Shown: positions 8,618 to 18,619, numbered from the stretch's first letter. The stretch is DNA of 64,000 nt from a virus (IMGVR_UViG_3300028591_000070:32001-96000); one strand, 5' to 3'. The notes: generated from the sequence alone by a model not told the origin. Program-made: numbers and translations.

Positions 8618-9859
8618 TTAGTTACCACCACCTCGCATAATAGCCATAGCTCCAACAGTTGCAACACTATTACACATAGGACCCAACTTAGCTTCTATCT
8701 CATCTCTTTGAGTTTTCATAACTTGTGGGTCTAATTGTCCTGCAATATCAGTCTTAACAAGAGAACGAATAACATAAAAGTTATTTAATACTTCTGAACG
8801 AATCATAGGACGAACCCAAACTTCAAGTTCATCTTCATCTATTCTCTCATAATCTTTAGACTTACATAGCCATTTAAGGTTTATGTTTCCACCAACAGTT
8901 GTAAAACCATGCATACACCATTGTCCATTGATTTTTTCTTTAGACCAATGTTCTCTACGAATTCTATTTAACATACCTTGGCGAGCAGCATCCATATCCA
9001 TTTGCGATGTATAAGATGATGCTGTTCCAACATAACCTGGTACCATTTTTCCTGGATATCTAATTCCTCTACCATAACGAGAACCCATTATACCACCAGC
9101 TGCTCCACCCATCATTTGAGTATTATAGTAAGCGAATGGATTTCCTCGTCCACCACCTCCTCCCATGCTTCCACCTGGTACAGTATAATATGGAATACAA
9201 CCCATAACTTCAACTGTATCATCTTCAAAAGTTGGGAATGGTACTATAACTTCTTGATTTGCAGCAACTTGTCCATAAGCCTGTTCTTTAACAATAGGTC
9301 TAAAAGTATAGTATCTCTGTAAAGCAGGACGAACCATATATTCAATAATCTGTTGTTTAGAATATTCTATATCTTGGAAGTTTGCAAATGGGAAACCAAT
9401 AACAGTCAAACAAGTCTCCAACTCAAAATCTGAGATATTTATTGACCTTACGCCTGGAGTAACATTTGGTAATTCACCACCTTTTCCTTCAAATGAGAAA
9501 GGAATAAAGTTTTTATCAGGCATAAAACCCGGGTCCCATTTAGCTGGCAATATTCCAAAGTAAGGTAGTGTTAAACCTTGAACAGCAATTTTAGAAGGGT
9601 CCGACTCAGACTGAGATAATTCGTCCCAATGAATAATAAACTTTGTTTTATTGTCAACTCTATAATCTTCTAAAACATAAATAATTCTATTATGAAATAG
9701 AGCATTTGAAACGCCATCACCATCACTAGCATCTACTTTTACAATAGATCCTCTAGTATAGACTTTTGTATCTTTATTTACAGTAAAAGCTCCTAAAGCA
9801 TTCCAAGTATTTAGGATTAGCTCTTGGTCTTGAGTACTTAAATATTCAAATTCATCCAT
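8618..9859 (-). CDS. putative neck/head-completion protein (T4 gp13-like)
   Basis: LTVIGFPF...KQQIIEYMVRPALQRYY resembles the gp13 pattern LGxP..Q..d.i..AL..y; Gly-rich central region; late-type promoter. Confidence 0.5.
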   Translation of the reverse strand: MDEFEYLSTQDQELILNTWNALGAFTVNKDTKVYTRGSIVKVDASDGDGVSNALFHNRIIYVLEDYRVDNKTKFIIHWDELSQSESDPSKIAVQGLTLPYFGILPAKWDPGFMPDKNFIPFSFEGKGGELPNVTPGVRSINISDFELETCLTVIGFPFANFQDIEYSKQQIIEYMVRPALQRYYTFRPIVKEQAYGQVAANQEVIVPFPTFEDDTVEVMGCIPYYTVPGGSMGGGGGRGNPFAYYNTQMMGGAAGGIMGSRYGRGIRYPGKMVPGYVGTASSYTSQMDMDAARQGMLNRIRREHWSKEKINGQWCMHGFTTVGGNINLKWLCKSKDYERIDEDELEVWVRPMIRSEVLNNFYVIRSLVKTDIAGQLDPQVMKTQRDEIEAKLGPMCNSVATVGAMAIMRGGGN

Positions 9860-9862
9860 GAA

Positions 9863-10999
9863 TTAATTAGTAATCCGATGGCGTCCTGCTGTTTGAATTT
9901 TATGTCTTCCAGATGTTTTAGCTTTAAGGTCGATTAAACCCTTTAATTCATCAATGCTATCACTTACTCTGTCCATCCAACCCATAGCAATCATGTCTTT
10001 TACAGTTTTAATTGATGCATCTTTTCCTTGTAAAATATCATTTATATCTTTAATTCCAGGTCTGCAAGGTGGAACTAAAAATGAGACTTTGTCTCTTAAT
10101 TTTTCCATAAGAAAAAGACAAGCTTTAAGTCCTGGGCTATCATTATCAACTACATAGATGACTTGTGGAAACTTATTTAATAAATAAATCTGTCTTTCTG
10201 TTGGTGTACAATGAAAAAGACAACTTGAATTTTTAAATTCAGGTTCTGTTCTTAAGCTAAACATGTCCATCAAACCTTCAGTGATATATAAAGGTTTTGA
10301 GGTGTCCAATTTATTATAATCATAAATTGTATTTATGGATGAATGGCCTGGATATAAAACTTTTTTATATTTCTTTTCATCATATTCTATGCCATGCTCT
10401 TGATGCCATTTTATCCAAGCTTCTTTTCCTTGAGTATCACGAGCTTCAAATGAGATAAGTTTACTATTTTCAAAAATAGGAATTACAACACACTTATTAA
10501 AGTAATTCCATTCTTTTTTATTTAATGGGTCTGATTTTTGTTTTGTTATAAAAAAGTCACCATATTTAATGTTATTCTTTTCACAAAAATCTAAAGTAAA
10601 TCCACGAGACTGGGCCCATTTAACACCATTTGGATTATTCTTAATAGATGTTAAATTACCTTCAAATGTAAAGTCGATTTCAGGAGTTTTAGAGAAGTCT
10701 ATAGATACTGGAGCTTTTGAAACATAGGTGCGTTTAACACCTATGTTCAAGTCTTTATAGATAGAAGTGCCAAATCTTTCGTAATAGACAGTAGTAAGTG
10801 CATGATTATACCCACAAGCATAACATTTACACCAACCTTTCTCAAGATTTATATTCATAGATGGCGAATGATCATCATGGTCTGGGCTAAGGCATCTAAT
10901 ATTAAATTTATTTTTATTGGCTGGAATTTTTACTCCAAGTCTATTTAATATTTCTTTACTTATTTCTGTTTTATCTTCTGAAAAGTCATTTAAGCGCAT
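9863..10999 (-). CDS. DNA primase (DnaG/gp61-like)
   Basis: CHC2 Zn finger CLSPDH..CYACG; TOPRIM ITEGLMD and VDNDSPG. Confidence 0.9.
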   Translation of the reverse strand: MRLNDFSEDKTEISKEILNRLGVKIPANKNKFNIRCLSPDHDDHSPSMNINLEKGWCKCYACGYNHALTTVYYERFGTSIYKDLNIGVKRTYVSKAPVSIDFSKTPEIDFTFEGNLTSIKNNPNGVKWAQSRGFTLDFCEKNNIKYGDFFITKQKSDPLNKKEWNYFNKCVVIPIFENSKLISFEARDTQGKEAWIKWHQEHGIEYDEKKYKKVLYPGHSSINTIYDYNKLDTSKPLYITEGLMDMFSLRTEPEFKNSSCLFHCTPTERQIYLLNKFPQVIYVVDNDSPGLKACLFLMEKLRDKVSFLVPPCRPGIKDINDILQGKDASIKTVKDMIAMGWMDRVSDSIDELKGLIDLKAKTSGRHKIQTAGRHRITN

Positions 11000-11419
11000 T
11001 TATTTACCTACAAAAACATCATCTTCTTTAAAGTCTTTTCCTTTGATTTCCATATCTTGGCCATTTCTTTTAATTTTAATAGTCTGATCTTCACCAAAAG
11101 AAAACTTTTCTCCAGTATCATTATCAACAATATCAATTACCATTTTTCCAGTTGGCTTGATAAAAACATTTGTTGCTGTTACTGAGTGGGCGTCATTATT
11201 TCCCATTTTCATATTAGGCCAATCAATATCTTTTAATTCTACACCTGAAGAGCGTAGAGTCATTGCTTCGTCCTGATAAATATCATATGAAACTTTGTCA
11301 ATACCATCAGGATTTAATCCTTCATCTGCCATCGCGAGACACATTTGGAGGCTTCGGAAGTCTGCATCAACGAGCAAATAATCTGAATATTTTTCTTGTT
11401 TTTTAATTTTTAATGCCAT
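11000..11419 (-). CDS. family A DNA polymerase fragment (motif A) with C-terminal intein/Hint-like segment
   Basis: LLVDADFRSLQMCLA (motif A) and DAHSVTATNVF; only 139 aa from the probable start MALKIKK. Confidence 0.7.
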   Translation of the reverse strand: MALKIKKQEKYSDYLLVDADFRSLQMCLAMADEGLNPDGIDKVSYDIYQDEAMTLRSSGVELKDIDWPNMKMGNNDAHSVTATNVFIKPTGKMVIDIVDNDTGEKFSFGEDQTIKIKRNGQDMEIKGKDFKEDDVFVGK

Positions 11420-11475
11420 AATTATAAAAATATTAACTGAAATACTAATTAAATTTATATAAAGGAGAAAATTTA

Positions 11476-12381
11476 ATGGAAGGACTTTCAAAAGAAACTG
11501 CCTCTAAATTTATGAGTAAGGCTATGAGAATAAACTCTATTTTAGGATATAAAGATTATAGCCACTCTGACTTTACTTCAATTATGCTTGGAAATGTTAA
11601 ACAGGATGACTCTACTTGGGCAAGATATATTGGTGGAAGATTTGCCATTTTTGAAGCACCAGGAAGAACAGGACATCAAAGTAGAGGATATAGTGGAGAT
11701 TGGGAAGAAGCCTTAAATGTAGTTTCTAATTATGGAAAAATTGGTTTAAGTGTTGATTGGGGTGGTGGAGCTGGTGGAAGAAACACTAGAACAGAACTCG
11801 CCACAAAATTTTTCGATGGATATTATAACTTCTCAAGATGTATACAAGAAGCTTTTGGTGGACCTAGATCAGATAGCTGGGAAAATGAAGAAGTTGCTTT
11901 AAGATTTATTGATTGGGCAGCAAATATAAATTCAATTTCTGATATTATTAAAGCAACACCTCTTAAAAAGAATAAAGACTTATTTAATAAATTAAAGACA
12001 TTTATTGTTGAGTGGACTTTAACTATTGAAGAGCTTGCAAAAGACCCTAAATATAAAAAAGATGATGACAAAGGTTGGTGGTATCATCATAATGTAGAAA
12101 GAACTGTTGCAGAAGATGCTATAAAATCTATTAATGTTCCAGAAGAATTATCATCTCTTAATCCTAGTGATTTCAACATTGATAATGGAAGTTTATGGGT
12201 AGCTGGAAAATGGGTCCATCCTATATTTAGAGAAACAACTAGTGGTGAAATTAAATGTTTCTGGCAACAATCTTCAAATGGAGCTCCAAAACCATTAAAA
12301 ACTCCAGATGATTTGGCAAATTGGATTGGTGCAACTATAAAGTTTACACCTAAGTTTGATCCGGCTACATTTTTAAGTTAA
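11476..12381 (+). CDS. hypothetical protein
   Basis: 301-aa ORF with AAGGAG SD and upstream ACTAATT motif. Confidence 0.8.
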   Translation: MEGLSKETASKFMSKAMRINSILGYKDYSHSDFTSIMLGNVKQDDSTWARYIGGRFAIFEAPGRTGHQSRGYSGDWEEALNVVSNYGKIGLSVDWGGGAGGRNTRTELATKFFDGYYNFSRCIQEAFGGPRSDSWENEEVALRFIDWAANINSISDIIKATPLKKNKDLFNKLKTFIVEWTLTIEELAKDPKYKKDDDKGWWYHHNVERTVAEDAIKSINVPEELSSLNPSDFNIDNGSLWVAGKWVHPIFRETTSGEIKCFWQQSSNGAPKPLKTPDDLANWIGATIKFTPKFDPATFLS

Positions 12382-12394
12382 TATGACTTAAAAT

Positions 12395-12727
12395 ATGGAA
12401 ACAATTAAAAATAAATATAAATCTAATTCGGGATGCAGCACAATGCATCCCAATTTGTTATGGTGCAAAATACTTAGAGCTGTAGAAATATGGCCAGACG
12501 AACATGAAGGCCAATACTTAAAAAAACAAGAATATTCTGATATGTTGGGTAAAAAGCCTTATAAGTATCAAGCGGAATTAGATAACTTAAAGTTTGTAGA
12601 ATATATTGAATATATTCCTAAAAATAAACATGTTCCATACTATGGCTATAAATTGACTGAATTAGGAAAACAAGTATTACAACAAATGAAAGATGAATTT
12701 GGTGAAGAAAATCTTTTAATTTTTTAA
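12395..12727 (+). CDS. winged-helix-like protein, paralog of a domain in 12769..13854
   Basis: YKLTELGKQVL wing motif; shared MHP..WC..L.A...WP. Confidence 0.55.
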   Translation: METIKNKYKSNSGCSTMHPNLLWCKILRAVEIWPDEHEGQYLKKQEYSDMLGKKPYKYQAELDNLKFVEYIEYIPKNKHVPYYGYKLTELGKQVLQQMKDEFGEENLLIF

Positions 12728-12764
12728 AATAAAGAAGCCACTCAAAAGAGTGGCTTTATTTTTA
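12728..12764. terminator. bidirectional terminator
   Basis: aagccactc-aaaa-gagtggctt between convergent genes. Confidence 0.88.
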
Positions 12765-12768
12765 TTGA

Positions 12769-13854
12769 TTACTCATCATCTTCAACGAAGTTTGAACGAC
12801 GATTTATATTGTGGAATGTATTATCATCTGCTCCAAGACGACCTGTTTTAAGGTTTCCTCTATTTGTAGGAACTACCTTTTCAGCTCTGTCTAGCAAGAA
12901 GTTACGATAGAATGAATCAACTCCAATTGACTTAATACGACCAATTGCTTTATCCTGAATCTTCTTATAGATTTCTTTTTCTTCATCATCAAAAGTATCT
13001 AAGATAATAGAAGAGAATTTAATACCTTTAAGGTCTGAACCTTGACCAAATGCTCTATTAAGTTCTCTGTTTGTTTCTGCGAAAATTCTCTTAAGCTTAC
13101 GAACTTTATCCTCATCCATGCTTCCTGTATCATAACCAAAAATACGTCTCTGAGTTCCAACGTCAATGTCACGGTCATAAACAGCAACTGGAAGAACAGT
13201 TCTTTCACGTGGAGCTGAGTCATGAACACCTTGATAAGAGAATGCTACTTCTCCCTGATATTCCTGGTCATCTTTTCTTGTAAGAGTTGGCTCAAGGTTG
13301 TGACGTTCCATACGGTCACCTTTAACTGTTTCAAATGGGTTACATGCTCTTTCACCAAAAGAACGAATCATATAACGCATAACTTTTTCTCCAAGTGGAG
13401 TTACTTTATAAGCTCCAAGGCCAATTGAACCTGGTGTCTTAACTCTTTCAAGATATCCAGCTTTGTTTACTAATGTTCCAAAATAAGCTGAGTCCTGGTT
13501 TGCATAGTCCCAACCATTCTTTCCCTGATATTCTTGTGGTTGGAGTAATTCACCATTGTGATATTTTGGCCAGAAATAAGCAGCTGCCAAGAATTCACAC
13601 CAACGATTTTCTGGGTGCATAAACTTTACATGAGGACAAGTTGCATAAGGGTTTATATCCTTGTCACTATGTGGTGTTCTGATACCCATTTCTTCAATTT
13701 TTTCAACTGATTCTGTAAGACCAATCTTAATATTAGATCCATCAAAATCAAGATCGAACGAGTTTACATTTTCAAGAAGACCTTCTTTCTGCATATCTTT
13801 AATGGTAGCTTCAAAGGCTTCTGCAAGCTTGCTTTCAACAAGTTCTTTATCCAT
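12769..13854 (-). CDS. probable internal head protein with winged-helix-like domain
   Basis: GGAGG SD, late motif, acidic N-terminus with LLE/LTE sites, YKVTPLGEKV. Confidence 0.5.
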   Translation of the reverse strand: MDKELVESKLAEAFEATIKDMQKEGLLENVNSFDLDFDGSNIKIGLTESVEKIEEMGIRTPHSDKDINPYATCPHVKFMHPENRWCEFLAAAYFWPKYHNGELLQPQEYQGKNGWDYANQDSAYFGTLVNKAGYLERVKTPGSIGLGAYKVTPLGEKVMRYMIRSFGERACNPFETVKGDRMERHNLEPTLTRKDDQEYQGEVAFSYQGVHDSAPRERTVLPVAVYDRDIDVGTQRRIFGYDTGSMDEDKVRKLKRIFAETNRELNRAFGQGSDLKGIKFSSIILDTFDDEEKEIYKKIQDKAIGRIKSIGVDSFYRNFLLDRAEKVVPTNRGNLKTGRLGADDNTFHNINRRSNFVEDDE

Positions 13855-13902
13855 CTAAAATCCTCCAATAATTATTGTGATATAAAATAATTAGTTAATA
13901 TA

Positions 13903-13950
13903 ATGAATTTTGTTATCTTGAGAAGTATATTCTAATATAAGAGGTTAAAT
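13903..13950 (+). promoter_or_regulatory. sigma70-type (early) promoter plus SD
   Basis: ATGAAT-17bp-TATATT-CTAATATAAGAGGT. Confidence 0.65.
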
Positions 13951-14808
13951 ATGGCTATTATTTTCGAAAAAACAAAATATGATGTTTCTGGTTTAAATCT
14001 TCCAGATGTTTGTCCAGTTTGTGGTGGTGACATTCTTGTTAAAGATAATGGCCAGGTGCGATGTGCTAATCCTAAATGTGCAGGAGTTGCTCATCACTTA
14101 AATATGTATTTCTTTAATCAGCTTGAAATCAAAGGTGCTGGAGATGCTTTTATTGCGAATGCTTCTAAAGAATGGCGCTCTGTATCAGATATTCTTTATG
14201 CTTGGAAATCACGAAATCGTTCAGATAAATTCTGTGAGTTTGCAGGTGGTGTGAATGGCGATAAAGTTCTCAAAGAAATGGATAATAAACTTAAAAAGCC
14301 AACCTCAATGAGTGCTTTCCTCAATCTTTTTGATTTTGATGGATTTGGTTTTAAGAAAATTCAGCTTCTTGAAGATACAAAAGCTTTTGAAAATGCTTAT
14401 AATGGTGATTTTGACCTTCTTTTTGAAAAGCCAATTACAGACGAAATTAAAGGTTTAAGTCAGGACTCACTTAATGAGTTTTATGAACAGGTTCTCGACC
14501 ATACTCAAGATATTCTTGAAAGCTATGCTCTTTTGAAAGACTATATTAAAAAAGAACAGAAAGTTGAAGGTGGTAAATTCGCTGGTATGAACTTCTGCTT
14601 TACAGGCGCTTGTGAATGTGGTTGGAAACGTAAGGATTGTGAAGCAAAAGTTGCTGAATTAGGTGGTAAAGTTACTGCTGTAAATAAAGATTTGACATAT
14701 CTCGTAACAGATGATGTCGACTCGGGTTCAGCTAAAGCTAAGAAAGCTAAAGAACTTGGAAGTAAAGTTATTACCTCATTCGAGTTCAAGAAGATGTGTG
14801 AGGAATAA
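13951..14808 (+). CDS. NAD-dependent DNA ligase C-terminal part only (Zn finger, HhH, BRCT)
   Basis: CPVCGG..VRCANPKC, LEIKGAG, FDGFG, FCFTG..GGKV..VNKDLTYLV..GSAKAKKAKELG; no KxDG adenylation domain. Confidence 0.85.
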   Translation: MAIIFEKTKYDVSGLNLPDVCPVCGGDILVKDNGQVRCANPKCAGVAHHLNMYFFNQLEIKGAGDAFIANASKEWRSVSDILYAWKSRNRSDKFCEFAGGVNGDKVLKEMDNKLKKPTSMSAFLNLFDFDGFGFKKIQLLEDTKAFENAYNGDFDLLFEKPITDEIKGLSQDSLNEFYEQVLDHTQDILESYALLKDYIKKEQKVEGGKFAGMNFCFTGACECGWKRKDCEAKVAELGGKVTAVNKDLTYLVTDDVDSGSAKAKKAKELGSKVITSFEFKKMCEE

Positions 14809-14809
14809 A

Positions 14810-15082
14810 ATGAGTAATAAATTACCACCAGTTATGAAGAAAGGTTGTTGGGAAAGTGGTCCTAAAAACTTTGGCAGTTTTGAATTCAAAGGTGAAATAA
14901 TCACAATTGATACTGAAGAGAAGTATCTGCATTGGGATAAGAAACTTGATATTAATGGTGATGACCCAGATATTCAGGAAATGCTTGATACTAATGACCC
15001 CAACTTTGGAAAATTGTGGAAAGCTATGGAAGCCTTTTTATTTATAACCCATAGAATTGATATTCATCATTGGGATAAGTAA
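14810..15082 (+). CDS. hypothetical protein
   Basis: Start MSNKLPP after GAGG SD. Confidence 0.7.
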   Translation: MSNKLPPVMKKGCWESGPKNFGSFEFKGEIITIDTEEKYLHWDKKLDINGDDPDIQEMLDTNDPNFGKLWKAMEAFLFITHRIDIHHWDK

Positions 15083-15092
15083 GGAGATTATT

Positions 15093-15230
15093 ATGTCAAA
15101 AGAACAGTTGGAAGAATATTTATCAAATTTAAATTTGAATTATTATAACGAAGAAGAACTTCAGAAAATCTATGATGCAGTAAAATCAACTGTAGACCAA
15201 ATTGAAGAAAATATTGGTCGTGAGGCATAA
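15093..15230 (+). CDS. small acidic protein (45 aa; not in ORF track)
   Basis: AAGGAG SD, then MSKEQLEEYLSNLNLNYYNEEELQKIYDAVKSTVDQIEENIGREA. Confidence 0.7.
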   Translation: MSKEQLEEYLSNLNLNYYNEEELQKIYDAVKSTVDQIEENIGREA

Positions 15231-15231
15231 T

Positions 15232-15678
15232 ATGGACGAAGCTTTAAAGAAGTTTAAGCAAGAAGTACAGTCTGCCGAAATGAATGTAGATGACAGAGCT
15301 GCGTCTACTTACCATATTGTTCGTGAAATGGCTCGATATCTTATTGCTAAAGAAGAACAAGTTATGAAATCATCAATAGATGAATTTTTTATTGGGGATA
15401 AAAGTCCTGCTACAAAATCAGCTTATGCTGAACAACTTGCTAAAGATTGTTTATCCGAAGTAAAAGATTGGTTGGCTGTTCCTAATAAAGAAACAAGAGA
15501 TTTGGCCTATGAACCTATTGAAGATTTAATTTATAAGTTACAAGATGGTATAAAGAAATCTCTGATTGATAAACTTACTGAGAATATTCAATACTCTACA
15601 TCGCCTTCTTGCACAAAGGGAATGGAACTTTTTATTAAGAGTATTGAAGACTGGAGTATTGATGATATTGAAGACTAA
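15232..15678 (+). CDS. hypothetical protein
   Basis: Start MDEALKK after GAGG. Confidence 0.7.
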   Translation: MDEALKKFKQEVQSAEMNVDDRAASTYHIVREMARYLIAKEEQVMKSSIDEFFIGDKSPATKSAYAEQLAKDCLSEVKDWLAVPNKETRDLAYEPIEDLIYKLQDGIKKSLIDKLTENIQYSTSPSCTKGMELFIKSIEDWSIDDIED

Positions 15679-15952
15679 AAAGCAGCGATTAAGAGAATGG
15701 CTCCAAAATTATGCAAATGAACATAGATGTTATGTTTGTATAAACTCAGATTATTCGCCTTGTGTAATTGCAATAAAAGGGAATCCTATTCGTAGATATG
15801 ACGAAGAAGATGGTTATTGGTATTGGACTTATCATGGTAAAGGTAAGTCTAAGTGGCTTGATGATGAAATTCCTGAAAAGTTAAAATGGACAAGATTTGA
15901 CCTTATGGAAGGAAAAGGAATTATATTTAATCCGGAGAAGAAAAATGTTTGA
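15662..15952 (+). CDS. hypothetical protein
   Basis: Start MILKTKK after GGAG. Confidence 0.65.
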   Translation: MILKTKKQRLREWLQNYANEHRCYVCINSDYSPCVIAIKGNPIRRYDEEDGYWYWTYHGKGKSKWLDDEIPEKLKWTRFDLMEGKGIIFNPEKKNV

Positions 15953-16250
15953 TGAAGAAAAAATATTTAGAGAACATTTTCCAGAATACACTTGTGGTAA
16001 AGAACCTTTAAGTCCTTATTGGGATTTATTTCAAGAAGGTGTTTGCTGTGGATATGATAAAGCAAAAGAATGGCATAATATAGAAGATGAACCTCCTCCA
16101 GTTGGAGAAACGGTATTGGTTTATTATGGTATAGATGCTTTAGGCATGGCTGTTTTAGCAACAGCTACTGTGGATTGTCATGGTGTTTGGTACAGTAATG
16201 TAAATGAAACACCTCTTAAGTGGCAAAGTATAAATTTGCCAAAGGATTAA
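15945..16250 (+). CDS. DUF551-like phage protein
   Basis: EWHNIEDEPPPVGETVLVY...PLKWQSINLP. Confidence 0.6.
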   Translation: MFDEEKIFREHFPEYTCGKEPLSPYWDLFQEGVCCGYDKAKEWHNIEDEPPPVGETVLVYYGIDALGMAVLATATVDCHGVWYSNVNETPLKWQSINLPKD

Positions 16251-16253
16251 ATT

Positions 16254-16790
16254 ATGGCATTGTTTAAAAAGATATTTGATTTAGACCCCACAGAGGTTGA
16301 AAAGTTTATTACAAAAATATATAAAGCCCAGTGGACACAGTATGGTCTTTCTTTTCCAGAAGACATGGAAGTAAAAATTCATTGGTATGTCCCTTATAAT
16401 GAGTTTTATGTTTATACTGAACCTAAACTTGAAACAGAAGATTACAAAAAATATTCTTTCCGTGGTAAGAGAGTAAATCTTTCTAAATATTTTGATTTAA
16501 CCTTTAATAGTCATTCTCATTATGATTTTTCTCAGATTTATGGAATGATAACTGGTGAGACAACCTTTAATGGTGAAGTAGGTATATGGCCTGATCCAGA
16601 ACATCCTATAGATTATGATAGAATTTTAGCATTTTATTATCACAAAGAATATACTCAAGTTTGTCATAAGACTGATGGTACTTGGTATATTTCTGATTGG
16701 GATGATGTGACTGATAAAGAAGTTAGAAAGCCAGTTCCAGCTAATTTGATGGCTGAAGTTTTGAAGGTAGTAGGCAATGATAGAAACTAA
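16254..16790 (+). CDS. hypothetical protein
   Basis: 178-aa ORF in operon. Confidence 0.75.
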   Translation: MALFKKIFDLDPTEVEKFITKIYKAQWTQYGLSFPEDMEVKIHWYVPYNEFYVYTEPKLETEDYKKYSFRGKRVNLSKYFDLTFNSHSHYDFSQIYGMITGETTFNGEVGIWPDPEHPIDYDRILAFYYHKEYTQVCHKTDGTWYISDWDDVTDKEVRKPVPANLMAEVLKVVGNDRN

Positions 16791-17025
16791 AGTTTTTTGT
16801 GATAAGTGCAAAAAAGAAATAAAGTGTATTCCTCCAGGACCTGATGGCTCAGTTCTTAAATTAGAAGGTGAGAAGCAGATTCAAATAATAAATGGCCCTC
16901 ATAATATGTCTTTTCCAAGAGAACGTACACTCTTTGATGATAGTCCTTATCCTACAGAAATTATGCTTTGCCATGATTGTAGCTTATTATTTAAAAAATA
17001 TATGGATGCTTTTTGGAAAAAATAA
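16777..17025 (+). CDS. small Zn-ribbon protein
   Basis: CDKC...CHDC. Confidence 0.65.
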   Translation: MIETKVFCDKCKKEIKCIPPGPDGSVLKLEGEKQIQIINGPHNMSFPRERTLFDDSPYPTEIMLCHDCSLLFKKYMDAFWKK

Positions 17026-17041
17026 TAGTTAATATTATTAA

Positions 17042-18619
17042 ATGGAAAAATCTTTTCAAGAGATTGACATTGAAAAAGCAATAAACCAATCTAGTTTTTT
17101 ATTCAAATATGATACGGGCCTAGGAAAGTCTTATGTTCTCTCAGGCTGTTTAGCCCATTTAAGATATTTTAATGAATGTTGGAAAGCTTTAGTATTAACC
17201 TCATCAATTGGTATTATGAATCTTAATGGGGAAATTCAAAAGTTTGTAGCCCAATATGATCCCTCTAGAACATTAGTTATTTCTTCTATTACTGAACTTA
17301 AAGACCGTTTAGTTTTTTCAAATGATAATTGGGATGTTATTATCTGTGGATATTCAACATTTAAGAGTATAAATGACGCCTATAAAAAAGCTCTAAAAGT
17401 TAAAGCTAAAAATAAATTTTGTATTCCATTGAAAGGATGGTTTGGCGATTATCATGGACTCTTATTAGCAGATGAATGCCACTTAATTGGAAACCCATCT
17501 TCTGAGAAAGCTAAAAACTTTTTTAATTCACTTCCTTGTTTTGATTATAGATATTTATTTTCTGCTACACCTTGGGATAAAAAAGAAAAAGCATATCCTA
17601 TATTAAAAACTCTTGATGAAGGTCTTGTTAAAGGATTAAATTATACTGAATGGCTTTCAACTTTTTGTGAGTTGGGTACAAGATTTTCTCCTTATGCTCC
17701 AAATATTGATACTTGGGATATGGGAAAATGGGCTAGACTTCAAAATATTTTAGCTGACACTTATGTTGCTGTTCGTGAAAAATCATTATTAAACTTACCA
17801 CCTGCTATTGATATGGATTTAATTACAGTTGATATGTCTCCAATCCATAGAGAGATTTATGAATTGTTTAGTAATATCAATGCTAAAATTATTGCTCAAG
17901 ATAAAAGTAAAGACCAATCGCTAGTTGATAAACTCATCAACACTTTCCAGATTTTACAGCTTGTTGTAGATAATCCTTATTTGATAAAAAACAATGAGAA
18001 AATCAGAAACAGAATGGAAGAGTTTGAGCTTTATGATGACGTTGCTAAATTAGACCAACTTGTTGCTAAGTTTGATTATACAAGAGATTTTACAAAATTA
18101 AAGTGTTTGGATAACATTCTCCAATATGAGTGTGATGAAATGGAAAATAAAGTTTTAGTTTTCTATTTTCACCCTCTTACTTTAGAAGAATTAAAAAAGA
18201 AATATCCAAATGCTTATGTTGTTTCTAGAGATGTTCCAGAGGACCAGAGATTTCAGATCATTGAGAAGTTTAAGAAGGATCCTAAAGAAAAAGTATTGAT
18301 TGCTTCTATTATGATTGCGAATACGTCATTTACTCTAACAGAATGTAAAGCTGAGATTTTTTATGAAAGACAATGGTCTGGAATTGTTCATGAACAAGCA
18401 AGAGGAAGAATTCATCGTATTGGTTCTACTGAAGAAGTTCGTTACTATAACTTGTGTTTTAATAATTCAATTGATAATATTCAGCTTGAAACCTTAAAAA
18501 CTAAAGGTGATACTATGAAAGGCCTTGGAAAGAAAACGCATCTTACTAGTGATGAATGGCGTTTAATTTTTGGTGGGTCTATTGATGATCAGAATGCATT
18601 TTTACAAAAATTGAGTTAA
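17042..18619 (+). CDS. SF2 (SNF2-like) helicase
   Basis: DTGLGKS, DECH, SATP, QARGRIHRIG. Confidence 0.92.
   Translation: MEKSFQEIDIEKAINQSSFLFKYDTGLGKSYVLSGCLAHLRYFNECWKALVLTSSIGIMNLNGEIQKFVAQYDPSRTLVISSITELKDRLVFSNDNWDVIICGYSTFKSINDAYKKALKVKAKNKFCIPLKGWFGDYHGLLLADECHLIGNPSSEKAKNFFNSLPCFDYRYLFSATPWDKKEKAYPILKTLDEGLVKGLNYTEWLSTFCELGTRFSPYAPNIDTWDMGKWARLQNILADTYVAVREKSLLNLPPAIDMDLITVDMSPIHREIYELFSNINAKIIAQDKSKDQSLVDKLINTFQILQLVVDNPYLIKNNEKIRNRMEEFELYDDVAKLDQLVAKFDYTRDFTKLKCLDNILQYECDEMENKVLVFYFHPLTLEELKKKYPNAYVVSRDVPEDQRFQIIEKFKKDPKEKVLIASIMIANTSFTLTECKAEIFYERQWSGIVHEQARGRIHRIGSTEEVRYYNLCFNNSIDNIQLETLKTKGDTMKGLGKKTHLTSDEWRLIFGGSIDDQNAFLQKLS

Noticed and set aside
11000-11419. Canonical active split intein
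   Set aside because: No N-terminal Cys/Ser block A, TxxH or HN motif visible; kept only as an intein-like remnant hypothesis.
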